Shown here: positions 1 to 10,135 of the stretch, in pieces
How positions within the stretch are numbered: the first letter of the stretch is position 1
Layout of the letters: the number at the start of each line of letters is the position of its first letter
NCBI GenBank assembly: GCA_950097015.1
Contig: CATNEN010000031.1
Location: 2,480,001-2,544,000, forward strand
From: Macrostomum hystrix
Taxonomy: Eukaryota; Animalia; Platyhelminthes
Direction: 5' to 3'
Length of the DNA: 64,000 nt
Notes under the pieces: generated by a model
Seen by the model: the letters and a program-made list of their open reading frames with translations, nothing else
Database searches by the model: none
What the model was told of the DNA's origin: nothing
Translations under genes and position numbers: made by a program

Positions 1-17
1 GTAACGTGTAGGGTACC

Positions 18-473
18 ATGTGGAAACATCAAACACACCATAGTCTACACTCAAGACTGCTAAAAGCGTACGCATCTAAACGGCCAAAGGGCCAAGGCCG
101 CCGCAACGTGCCCGTCAATGCCGCCATCCGGCCGCTGTTCATCAGCACCGATGATGCCAGGAGCCGACCGGCCGCCGAGACTGTCAGCGCCAGGTGCACG
201 AGCGCCAATGAGGCTGCACCCTCCCTGGACGCTGGCAGTGAGCCACAGCAGCAGCAGCAGCAAACTGACTTGAAGCAGATGGTGAGCATGCTGTTGCCCC
301 TGTTCACCCGCTCTCTGACCCAGGTGATTGTGCGGGCCCTGTCCAGACCGCCTGGTGAGCTCCTCACGGTAGAATCGACCAGTAAAATGGTTGAGGACAT
401 TGTGCGGGCTGTCCTCCAGGACGTGTCTGGCATGGCCTCCGCCGCCACCGGGGTCGTGGGCCCAGGCAGCTAA
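18..473 (+). CDS. C-terminal part of LINE ORF1 (true start probably upstream of the window)
   Basis: GC-rich open frame ending in TAA at 471-473, directly upstream of and overlapping ORF2. No diagnostic motif in the visible part. Confidence 0.6.
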   Translation: MWKHQTHHSLHSRLLKAYASKRPKGQGRRNVPVNAAIRPLFISTDDARSRPAAETVSARCTSANEAAPSLDAGSEPQQQQQQTDLKQMVSMLLPLFTRSLTQVIVRALSRPPGELLTVESTSKMVEDIVRAVLQDVSGMASAATGVVGPGS

Positions 474-3330
474 ACCAGAAAACTGGAAATTCCTTAATTT
501 AAATGGGAACCCCATTACCCAGACAACGGGTCTGAAAATTATGCACCTCAACTGCAGAGGGTTTCACCCGAAAAGCAGAGAACTCACCCAATGGGTCATT
601 AGTCAAGAGATAGACATTGCTCTCTTCTCTGAAACCATTCTCAAGAGTTCGCACACGGTCCAGATCCCTGGCTACTCCATCATCCGATACGACACTCCGC
701 ATGTCAGACGCGGCTTGCTCCTTGCTCACTCACCGCGCGTCAAACTCACCAATGTTCGCTTGCACTACGACAACGTGAACCATGAAGCCATCTCCTGCAC
801 CGTCAGCCTGTCTGACAACTCTCACGGTGCCGACTTTAATCTGGCTCTGGTGTACAGGTCTCCGGCACCTTACCACCTGAACCTGAACCTACTCAAGAGC
901 CTGGTCTCGCGCAGACGCAGTGTTCTCCTTGGCGACCTCAATGCCAGACACCGCTTCCTTGGCGGTGACAGCAGCAACAACAAGGCTGGCCATGAGCTGT
1001 ACGACTGGCTCTCTGAAGGTCCGACCTCGCCCACCATCCTCAATCAAGTTGGCCAGTTCACCAGAATCGCCACCAAGAATGGCGTCACTTCCAGGAATGT
1101 CTTGGACCTCGGCCTGGCCACGGAGGACTTTCTGCCCTTTGTGCAGGACTTTGCAGTCGGTCCTGACCTGGACAGCGACCACCTGCCAATCATCCTCACC
1201 CTCAACATTCAGTCGGCAAAGTGGGCAGGTCCCGCTAAGCCGAAAAACTTTTCCAAAACCGACTGGGATCAGTTCAGGCTGAGAATTAGTGAAGCCCTTC
1301 TTCCTGACCAGCCGACTCGCCTATCGAGTGCTCAGCAAATCGACGCCGAGGTCGAGCTCATCACAAAAGCCATCCACACGGTCATTGAGTCGACTGTGCC
1401 AGACTGTGGTGGCCGAAATGCTCTGCCCAAGCACATCCTTGAGCTGATCAAAGAGCGCCGACGACTCAGACGCCTCTTCAACAGCACCGGGGATGAAAAC
1501 TTTAAAAGGCTGGCCAACCAAATGGCCAACAGGATCAAAAGGGAAATCACTTCCTTCCAGAGCGGCAAGCTCACCAAGCTGTGTGAGAATGTTGTCGAGA
1601 ACAGCAAGAACAGCAAGGTCAAGAACTTCTGGCATGACACCAGGAAGCTGATGGGCAAGTTCAAGCCCAGCTCCATTCCAACCCTCACTTCGGGTCAAAC
1701 CAGTGCGCACACTGATCTGGAGAAAGCGAACCTTCTCGCTGCCACTCAGGACTCAAAGATGCGCCCAGTCCCATCAACTTGTGACCAGCTCAAACAGGAG
1801 GTGGCCGAAGTGGCCAAGTTCATCGCTTTCTATCCGATTCCGGCCGACATCAATGGCATAGCCACTCACCCGCTTGAAGCCGCATTCACTGTAGCCGACA
1901 CAGTGTGGGAGCTTGAGCACCTCAAGCCTGATGGAGCACCCGGGCTGGATAAGATTCCCAATCGAGTGCTCAAACTCGGCCTTGAAAGCGTGGCGATCAC
2001 CAGGATCACCAGACTCTTTAACGCCTGCTTCAGTCAAGGGATCTTCCCCAGCGCTTGGAAGAAAGCTGTGGTGACAATGATCCCGAAGCCTGACAAACCG
2101 CCAGACAATCCAAACTCGTACAGGCCAATCAGCCTGACCTCTTGCTTAGGCAAGGTGTTTGAGAAGCTGATTGCCAAGAGACTCTCCAAATACCTTGAAG
2201 ACAAGAACATTCTTGGCGATGACCAATGCGCTTATCGCAAAGTCCACTCCACCTACGACAACCTGTGCCGACTGGTGCAGGACATGATGGTCGCAAAGTG
2301 CAAAGCAAAGAGGGCCGCTGCAGTCTTCCTTGATGTAGAGGCGGCCTTTGACTCTGCCTGGCACGACATGCTCAGGAGCCGCATGCTCAACGCTGGCTTT
2401 CCTTCGATGCTGACGCGCATCCTGTCTGACTACCTCAGGAACAGGTACATCCAGGTGCGAGTCAACAACTCGCTCAGTGAGCTGATCAGAATCCTAGCTG
2501 GCGTACCTCAGGGAGGCATCTTGAGTCCTCTCCTGTACCTGCTGTACGTCAGCACAATGCCGATTCCTGAAAATCCAAACGTGAAACGCAGTCAATTTGC
2601 AGACGACATGGCCATCTGGGCCTCCGCAGACACCTTTGCTGGTCTGCGGACATGCCTCCAGAGCTACCTCAGACAAGTCTGGGAGTGGTGCGGAAAGCAA
2701 GGCATCAGACTGAATGCCGACAAGAGCAAGGCCATCGCCTTCAACTACAAGCCGACAGCTCGCGCCGACTTGCGACCCAAACTGCAGCTGGGGCAGACGG
2801 TGGTCCCCTACTGTCAGGAAGTAAAATTTCTAGGTGTCCTCCTCGACGCCAATCTTTGCCTGAATAAACACGTCGACATCATGGCGAATACGTGCAGGGC
2901 CATTGTCATGTCCCTGTGCCGCATCGCCAAGATCACCAAACTGAGCAGCGTCACTCTCAGAATGCTGTACAGGGCCTACGGTGAGAGCGCTCTCACCTAC
3001 GGCGCCCCAATCTTGACTCTGATCTGCGTCACCAATCAGATCAAGCTACAAAAGATCCAGAACCTTGCTCTGCGAATCTGCTACGGTGTGCCTTCCTACC
3101 TGAGCACCGAGTACCTTCACAAACTGGCCGGCATGCCAATGCTCTCGGCCAGAGTCAAACAGCTCGGTGTGGCCTGGCTGCTCAAGATGAGAGCAGCTCG
3201 GCTGCACGGCTTCCACATCGAGCCGGAGCTGCCTCGCGCTCCGGGCCGTGTCCCCATCCTCAATGTCCTGTGGGCTACCCTGAGGCGGGGACAAATCAAC
3301 AGGCAGAACCGACTCCAAATCCAGGGTTGA
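391..3330 (+). CDS. LINE ORF2: AP-like endonuclease plus reverse transcriptase (start uncertain; first in-frame ATG at 541)
   Basis: Endonuclease motifs LKIMHLNCRG, LFSET, LGDLNARH, DSDHLPI. RT motifs PGLDKIP, YRPISLTSCLGKVFEK, FLDVEAAFDSAWH, GVPQGGILSPLLY, QFADD, KFLGV. No internal stops; no RNase H visible. Confidence 0.96.
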   Translation: MRTLCGLSSRTCLAWPPPPPGSWAQAAKPENWKFLNLNGNPITQTTGLKIMHLNCRGFHPKSRELTQWVISQEIDIALFSETILKSSHTVQIPGYSIIRYDTPHVRRGLLLAHSPRVKLTNVRLHYDNVNHEAISCTVSLSDNSHGADFNLALVYRSPAPYHLNLNLLKSLVSRRRSVLLGDLNARHRFLGGDSSNNKAGHELYDWLSEGPTSPTILNQVGQFTRIATKNGVTSRNVLDLGLATEDFLPFVQDFAVGPDLDSDHLPIILTLNIQSAKWAGPAKPKNFSKTDWDQFRLRISEALLPDQPTRLSSAQQIDAEVELITKAIHTVIESTVPDCGGRNALPKHILELIKERRRLRRLFNSTGDENFKRLANQMANRIKREITSFQSGKLTKLCENVVENSKNSKVKNFWHDTRKLMGKFKPSSIPTLTSGQTSAHTDLEKANLLAATQDSKMRPVPSTCDQLKQEVAEVAKFIAFYPIPADINGIATHPLEAAFTVADTVWELEHLKPDGAPGLDKIPNRVLKLGLESVAITRITRLFNACFSQGIFPSAWKKAVVTMIPKPDKPPDNPNSYRPISLTSCLGKVFEKLIAKRLSKYLEDKNILGDDQCAYRKVHSTYDNLCRLVQDMMVAKCKAKRAAAVFLDVEAAFDSAWHDMLRSRMLNAGFPSMLTRILSDYLRNRYIQVRVNNSLSELIRILAGVPQGGILSPLLYLLYVSTMPIPENPNVKRSQFADDMAIWASADTFAGLRTCLQSYLRQVWEWCGKQGIRLNADKSKAIAFNYKPTARADLRPKLQLGQTVVPYCQEVKFLGVLLDANLCLNKHVDIMANTCRAIVMSLCRIAKITKLSSVTLRMLYRAYGESALTYGAPILTLICVTNQIKLQKIQNLALRICYGVPSYLSTEYLHKLAGMPMLSARVKQLGVAWLLKMRAARLHGFHIEPELPRAPGRVPILNVLWATLRRGQINRQNRLQIQG

Positions 3331-4034
3331 GCAGTCTCTGACACCTATGGCCCTGAAAGAAAACCAAAATGAAACTCAAATATAGCTGCCTGAGCTTAAG
3401 AGGGCTGGTGAGCAGTGCTCAGCTGCTCAAATATTCCATTTTTTACGCTTTTTTCCTACTGACTTAATATATTTTATTGCCTATGAGTACTAATGGCTGT
3501 ATTGTCACTTTTGCTCTTTGCTCACAAACTGCAAGCTTTTATATTATTTAATTTTTTTATTAAAATATTTATTATCCATTTATTTACTTATTTACTAATA
3601 ATTTACTAATTTCTATGTTTGATATCCGTATAAAATAATCTAAATCGAATCGCTGTAAATTTTTAATAAATTCGGTTAAATATATCTTAAAATTCAGCGG
3701 TAGAGTTTTTCGAAACTGATCCGCGCCCCAGTCCTTTGGGGAATTCGTTTTAACAACAAACGGCCAAAGGGCAAATTGGCCAGGCGACATAACGCCTAAC
3801 GACGTATTAATTTCCCGATTGACATGGTTCACATTCACATTCACATTCAAACAAGAGTATTGTAACTTAAAAAATAACCATTCAATTACAGCGAAACTTA
3901 CAAGATCTTCTGATGCAATTAAGATAACGTTCCAAAATAAATATAATTTATTTTTGTCAATGCATAAAAGAATTACACAGCTTTGAAGTTTGTTCCTATC
4001 TCCGCAGTGTATATTCTTGTACTTTCAAAAAGTA

Positions 4035-4677
4035 ACTTCTACTGCATCAATCGCAGTGAAAATTTACAAAACCTCTGATGCAATCGAGTTGTTTGGATGT
4101 GTTAAATTTCAGGCTGATTCATGAAAGCGTCTGCGGGTTATTCAATGTTAAAGTGTGTTCGTATCTCCGTAGTGTATTTTTGGGAGCCAGCTTGACATTC
4201 GCAGGCAGACACTTCTACTGCATCAATCGCAATGAAAATTTACAAAACCTCTGATGCAATCGAGTTGATTGGATGTGTAAAATTTCAGGCTGATTCATGA
4301 AAGCGTCTGCGGGTTATTCAATGTTAAAGTGTGTTTCGTATCTCCGTAGTGTATTTTTGGGAGCCAGCTTGACATTCGCAGGCAGACACTTCTACTGCAT
4401 CAATCGCAATGAAAATTTACAAAACCTCTGATGCAATCGAGTTGATTGGATGTGTAAAATTTCATGCTGATTCATGAAAGCGTCTGCGGGTTATTCAATG
4501 TTAAAGTGTGTTCGTATCTCCGTAGTGTATTTTTGGGAGCCAGCTTGACATTCGCAGGCAGACACTTCTACTGCCTCAATCGCAATGAAAATTTACAAAA
4601 CCTCTGATGCAATCGAGTTGATTGGATGTGTAAAATTTCAGACTGATTCATGAAAAGCGTCTGCGGGTTATTCAATG
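4035..4677 (+). repeat. ~176-bp tandem subrepeats in the left TIR (~3.6 copies)
   Basis: Unit acttctactgcatcaatcgc...gcaggcagac restarts at 4035, 4211, 4388 and 4564. Confidence 0.92.
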
Positions 4678-5395
4678 TGTTGTGATTTAATAGTTTCTAT
4701 GTACTGTATTTAATAGTTTCTATGTACTGTATTTTTCGGTGCACTTTCACAGTCGCGTTGCACTTTGAGTCGCCCCCCTGCCCCTTTCTTGCTCTGCGCC
4801 TGCCTGCCTATCAATTTCTCCCACCCCTGGCGTCTGATTGGTTGAGCTAAGACGTTGGGTACCCCCGGTTATTGTCATCTTCCGTTCATGCCCTCTCATT
4901 GGTTCGCGGCTCGCCCAGTTGTCTTATTGACCCTGCGTGATTGGTGAGGCTGCGACTGGTTCTCTCTCTTACTGTCTCTTACTTTCTCTCTCTACCCTGC
5001 AGCTTAGCCGTGATCGGGTATTACCCTGCTCACCCTGGGTGAGCAGGTCTTATTTATTGGCGTGCGCGCGCTCGTCCCCCTCTGACGTGACTGTTTTGTT
5101 TTGTTGAGCACCCCAACCACCGCCTACCAGACAAAATACATCAACTCAGCCAGCTCTCCCGAGCGCAAACCCGCACTGCAAGCCTACGTAAGTGTCGTCT
5201 GCCTCTGTCTTTTCGGGTTCAGTCACTAGGACTTTGTCGCCAGGGCCTGTGCATTCGTTGCGACCTTGGTTGCCGGCTTACTGCCTGTGCGTCTAGTGCG
5301 ACAGTAGGCCGACACATAGTAGGACGGAAGTGCTGAACCTCCCTGCTCGTCCTGAGCGAGAGGCGAAGCCGGCTGGCCCGTCTCGGGACACAACA
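4678..5395 (+). mobile_element. 5' LTR (718 bp) of a Ty3/Gypsy-type retrotransposon
   Basis: Starts TGTTGTG (4678-4684) and ends CACAACA (5389-5395), a perfect 7-bp terminal inverted repeat with TG...CA. Followed by a PBS and gag. Contains ATTGG (reverse CCAAT) motifs and a 23-bp internal duplication at ~4688-4733. Confidence 0.85.
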
Positions 5396-5396
5396 T

Positions 5397-5414
5397 TGGT
5401 GTCGTGACCAGGAT
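5397..5414 (+). promoter_or_regulatory. Primer-binding site complementary to the tRNA-His 3' end
   Basis: TGGTGTCGTGACCAGGAT begins 1 nt after the LTR end. It matches, with one mismatch, the reverse complement of the invertebrate tRNA-His(GTG) 3' end as I recall it (...ATCCTGGTCACGGCACCA). Confidence 0.8.
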
Positions 5415-5559
5415 AGTTCGTGCCTGTTAGGATCCTCGACCCCATGTGTTAATTAGCTTAGGGATTCTGTTCAGGAGGGGTGTTTTCTAGGACTTTTGTC
5501 AGTGCTTTGTTGTTGCCGTGAGATTTTTTATCTTGTGATTCGAGGATTTTGTTGTCGTC

Positions 5560-6738
5560 ATGGGAGACGAAGGAGTGAATCGCCTCGTGGAGCTGATGAC
5601 TGCTTCGGTGCGTCGGACCTTGCAGCAGGAGATAAATGCAGCGCAGAATGTCCAGAGGCCAGCGAAGCCGCCGAAGTATTCTAGTGGAGACAACTTTCGC
5701 CTGTGGTTGCAGAAGTTCAACGCTTATTGTGATGCTGCGCAGATTGCGGAGGCCGCTCGAAGGCCGCACCTGCTTAGCTTCTTGGATTTGAATACAGCAT
5801 TTGCAGCGGTGGAGAATCTACAGCTGGGTGAGGATCTGGAATATCAGGAGTTTACGGACGCTCTGTTGGAAAGGTTTCAGCAGCACCGCACGACTGAAGA
5901 TTACCGGATGGAGCTGGAGTCACGAGTGCAGAAGGAGGGCGAGACCTACGAGGCATACGCCGATGCACTGCTGGAGCTGGCGAGGAATGCCTACCCTGAA
6001 GACGAGCTGCCCGCTGAGATTGTCAACAGTTTTGCAAGGGACAGATTCAAGAAGGGCATTAAGGCTACTGAGAGCGTCAAGGAGTACGTGATCCTTCAAC
6101 AGCCTGCTACTCTCGCTGAGGCTGTGCGTTGCGTTCGACGAAAGGAGGCAGCTACTCTAGCCGCCAAGACGTCAGGCTCGGACCAGACCTCCAGGAAGAC
6201 GACATCAGGTGTGGCTGCCGTGGACACCAGAGCCGCCAGTTCAGAAGGTTTTGGAGCGCTTCAGCAGCGGATCCGTGAGCTGGAAGACCAACTGAAGCGG
6301 CTGAGCCAGACGCCGCCTCCTCGACAGTCTGCTGCACCGTCGCCTGCTGGGTCTGCGCGTCCGCGCGGCCCGGGGCCCGGGTTGCTAGGAGACAGGGGGG
6401 CCTGCGCGTACGCCGCGACCCCTAGTCGTCTAGCAGAGCAACAGCAGAGGCAGCATGGTGCTTGCTTTCAGTGCGGAGACGTCGGCCACCTAGCGCGTGA
6501 GTGTCCTAGTCGCGTCGGAAGGATGCAGCAACCGCCACCGAGCACAGCAGCGATGACTGTTGGTCCAAGGCGTTGCTACGCGTGCAACCAGCCAGGTCAT
6601 CTGGCCAAGAATTGTCGGTTGGGAAACTTCAGCAGGGCGAAAACTGATTTATTCGTTCAAAAATACTACAATAAGACACTTAAACAACTCAACACTAAAA
6701 AATTCTCATTAAATCACACAGCCCCTCTTTTACTGTAA
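5560..6738 (+). CDS. Gypsy-type Gag (capsid plus two CCHC zinc knuckles); the last ~33-37 codons derive from non-retroviral AT-rich sequence
   Basis: Retrotransposon-gag-like core (PKYSSGDNFRLWLQKF...RVQKEGETYEAYADALLELARNAYP) and knuckles CFQCGDVGHLAREC and CYACNQPGHLAKNC. Composition switches abruptly to AT-rich at ~6640; no pol follows. Confidence 0.9.
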   Translation: MGDEGVNRLVELMTASVRRTLQQEINAAQNVQRPAKPPKYSSGDNFRLWLQKFNAYCDAAQIAEAARRPHLLSFLDLNTAFAAVENLQLGEDLEYQEFTDALLERFQQHRTTEDYRMELESRVQKEGETYEAYADALLELARNAYPEDELPAEIVNSFARDRFKKGIKATESVKEYVILQQPATLAEAVRCVRRKEAATLAAKTSGSDQTSRKTTSGVAAVDTRAASSEGFGALQQRIRELEDQLKRLSQTPPPRQSAAPSPAGSARPRGPGPGLLGDRGACAYAATPSRLAEQQQRQHGACFQCGDVGHLARECPSRVGRMQQPPPSTAAMTVGPRRCYACNQPGHLAKNCRLGNFSRAKTDLFVQKYYNKTLKQLNTKKFSLNHTAPLLL

Positions 6739-6802
6739 AAAAACTACACAGGCTGATTTATAAGCCCGCGAAGATCAATTGCCTTGAATTCATTGCGAGC
6801 TG

Positions 6803-7323
6803 ATGTCAAGCTGCACTGGCTCCCAAAAATACACTTCGGAGATACGAAACACACTTTAACATTGAATAACCCGAAGACGCTTTCATGAATCAGTCTGAAA
6901 TTTTACACATCCAATCAACTCGATTGCATCAGAGGTTTTGTAAATTTGCATTGCGATTGAGGCAGTAGAAGTGTCTGCCTGCGAATGTCAAGCTGGCTCC
7001 CAAAAATACACTACGGAGATACGAAACACACTTTAACATTGAATAACCCGCAGACGCTTTCATGAATCAGTCTGAAATTTTACACATCCAATCAACTCGA
7101 TTGCATCAGAGGTTTTGTAAATTTTCATTGCGATTGATGCAGTAGAAGTGTCTGCCTGCGAATGTCAAGCTGGCTCCCAAAAATACACTACGGAGATACG
7201 AACACACTTTAACATTGAATAACCCGCAGACGCTTTTCAAGAATCAGTCTGAAATTTTACACATCCAATCAACTCGATTGCATCAGAGGTTTTGTAAATT
7301 TTCATTGCGATTGATGCAGTAGA
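6803..7323 (-). repeat. ~176-bp tandem subrepeats in the right TIR (~3 copies, inverted)
   Basis: Reverse complement of the 4035-4677 unit. Confidence 0.9.
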
Positions 7324-9183
7324 AGTTACTTTTTGAAAGTACAAGAATATACACTGCGGAGATAGGAACAAACTTCAAAGCTGTGTAATTCTTTTATGCA
7401 TTGACAAAAATAAATTATATTTATTTTGGAACGTTATCTTAGTTGCATCAGAAGATCTTGTAAGTTTCGCTGTAATTGAATGGTTATTTTTTAAGTTACA
7501 ATACTCTTGTTTGAATGTGAATGTGAATGTGAATGTCAATCGGGAAATTAATACGTCGCCTAACGCCTATTCAATAACAACTAAATTGCTGTAGAATTTG
7601 AATTCTCTCGTTTCTTAGAAACAATACTTAGTCGTTACTTACGTTTCTTTGATATGGATCAAATGGCTGCTATGATAACTATTTGCATTGATCTGATGTA
7701 TTTATTAGTGAAATACTAACTCTTAGCAATTCCATTGTCATTTAACTCATGTAATTTGTTATAGATATTGATATTACTCAAAATTATTCATTGCATGCCA
7801 TGACTTTACATACGTGCATGTGCATTTCATCATTATTATAGATAAAAATCCAACTATACTAAATCTCTAAAGTCTGTCTGTCTGTCTGTCTGTGGAATTT
7901 CGATACACAGGCTAAATGCCTCAACCAAATTTGATCGCGTTTTTTGCTAAACATGCCAAATTTTACTGGCATGAGACCTTGAAAATTTCGTTAGTCTGCT
8001 TCAATGCTAACAATATTAAATATTCGAAAAACGAGTTTTCCTATTGCTTTCAATAGGAGGCCAAACAAGGTTAAATTGGAATAGGTCCGGGCACTGTAAG
8101 TTTTATTAGATTGCATCGGTGCTTTTTCTCGCCCGCGCGTGCATTGGTATAGCACAGAACAGGGCCCGATACTCTCAATTGAATGCGATTGCGTCAATGC
8201 TTTTCGACCCGTACGTGCGTTTATAAATTTGTCTCTTGGCTGATTGAGTGATTTCAGACGTACGAGTACATAGCAGATTTCATGATTGGGCTTTTATGAT
8301 GCTCAATGCTAGCGAGACCTCTCCTCCTCCTTTCTATCCATAAACCTGCAGCCTTTCTATTGTCAAACCTTGTCTCGACTTCGATCATTGTGCCGCTTTC
8401 TTTTCATCTAGCTCCGAAGTAAAGTACTTTAATGCTATTGTAGAATGCAGGTAGAATTTCAGCATCGGTTTTGTTACTGCTTCTTTTTCTTCTAATCTTC
8501 TAAACATCAGCAGTTAAAAACGTAAGTTCCTGTTTATTAGTATTTTTTGGGCATTTTTGGTTCGAGTATAAATAGTAAGCGCTTTTGGTTAGCTACTGTC
8601 GAAGCAGATATTTGTTAGCTTTATTATTCCTGTACTCGCTTTCAGAAAATAGTATTCGTTTTCGAGTAAAGCAGCAAGTTTTATTCGATAATAAAACTTC
8701 GGAAATATTTTTGTGCATAGCTGCAGGCGTTATCACAATTGAGAACTGCAAGAAAAAAATATTGAGCGCAGCTAAGAGCGTAAATTATTTCAAATTTTTC
8801 TATTTTTTGAGCATTGTTTTAAGCGTTATTCGATCAAAAAATAGCTTATTTAATAATAATAATTATAAAACTTTATTCGACGAACACTGATCGAAACCGT
8901 TTTCTAAAGTGCTCAACGATTTTCTAAATGTGTCCAACGATTTTCTAAATGTGTTTAACAGTTTTCTAAATGTATCTACCGTGCCACATGTAACAGGAGA
9001 TGTAACAGGAGATATTTGTTGCCTTCTGGGCTGAGTAAAACGATGGACACATCGTTTCTATGCTATTTGGGGGCAATGGTTTCCTGTCAAAGAAAAAGGG
9101 CGAAAATTTCTTGCTGCGAGTTTGGTAGCCTGCAAGTAGCCTCCATTCTGGTATTATGGAGGTTCTCTTCTGTTTGGAGAACA

Positions 9184-10135
9184 TTAGTTCTCTGCTGCTG
9201 GGGGAATTAGTTCTCTGCTGCTGGGGGAATTAGTTCTCTGCTGCTGGGGGAATTAGTTCTCTGCTGCTGGGGGAATTAGTTCTCTGCTGCTGGGAGTATT
9301 AGTTCTCTGTTGCTGTGGGAATTAGTTCTCTGCTGCTGGGGGAATTAGTTCTCTGCTGCTGGGAGTATTAGTTCTCTGTTGCTGGGGGAATTAGTTCTCT
9401 GCTGCTGGGGGAATTAGTTCTCTGCTGCTGGGGGAATTAGTTCTCTGCTGCTGGGGGAATTAGTTCTCTGCTGCTGGGGGAATTAGTTCTCTGCTGCTGG
9501 GGGAATTAGTTCTCTGCTGCTGGGAGTATTAGTTCTCTGTTGCTGTGGGAATTAGTTCTCTGCTGCTGGGGGAATTAGTTCTCTGCTGCTGGGAGTATTA
9601 GTTCTCTGTTGCTGTGGGAATTAGTTCTCTGCTGCTGGGGGAATTAGTTCTCTGCTGCTGGGGGAATTAGTTCTCTGCTGCTGGGGGAATTAGTTCTCTG
9701 CTGCTGGGAGTATTAGTTCTCTGTTGCTGGGGGAATTAGTTCTCTGCTGCTGGGGGAATTAGTTCTCTGCTGCTGGGGGAATTAGTTCTCTGCTGCTGGG
9801 GGAATTAGTTCTCTGCTGCTGGGAGTATTAGTTCTCTGCTGCTGGGGGAATTAGTTCTCTGCTGCTGGGGGAATTAGTTCTCTGTTGCTGGGGGAATTAG
9901 TTCTCTGCTGCTGGGGGAATTAGTTCTCTGCTGCTGGGGGAATTAGTTCTCTGCTGCTGGGGGAATTAGCTCTCTGCTGCTGGGGGAATTAGTTCTCTGC
10001 TGCTGGGAGTATTAGTTCTCTGTTGCTGGGGGAATTAGTTCTCTGCTGCTGGGGGAATTAGTTCTCTGCTGCTGGGGGAATTAGTTCTCTGCTGCTGGGG
10101 GAATTAGTTCTCTGCTGCTGGGTTAATTAGTTCTC
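9184..10135 (+). repeat. Satellite A: 23-bp unit TTAGTTCTCTGCTGCTGGGGGAA, ~41 copies (in H1)
   Basis: Direct reading; period 23 (9184, 9207, ...). Confidence 0.95.

Larger units (their letters stand above)
1..3600 (+). mobile_element. Non-LTR retrotransposon (LINE, APE-type; Jockey/I-group-like), 5' end probably outside the window
   Basis: ORF1 tail overlaps an intact ORF2 (APE + RT), followed by a 3'UTR with a small hairpin (gagcag-tgctcag-ctgctc, ~3410-3428) and an AT-rich (TTTA/TTAC)-like tract at ~3540-3610. Clade and 3' boundary are approximate. Confidence 0.9.
3801..7557. mobile_element. Non-autonomous foldback-like DNA element with long TIRs and a 7-bp TSD (GCCTAAC)
   Basis: 3801-4677 (GACGTATTAATTTCCCGATTGAC...) is the reverse complement of ~6803-7557 (...GTCAATCGGGAAATTAATACGTC). 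GCCTAAC lies immediately outside both ends (3794-3800, 7558-7564). No transposase inside. Confidence 0.88.

Noticed and set aside
29-3344. Antisense and alternate-frame ORFs over the LINE
   Set aside because: Shadow frames of GC-rich coding sequence with no motifs.
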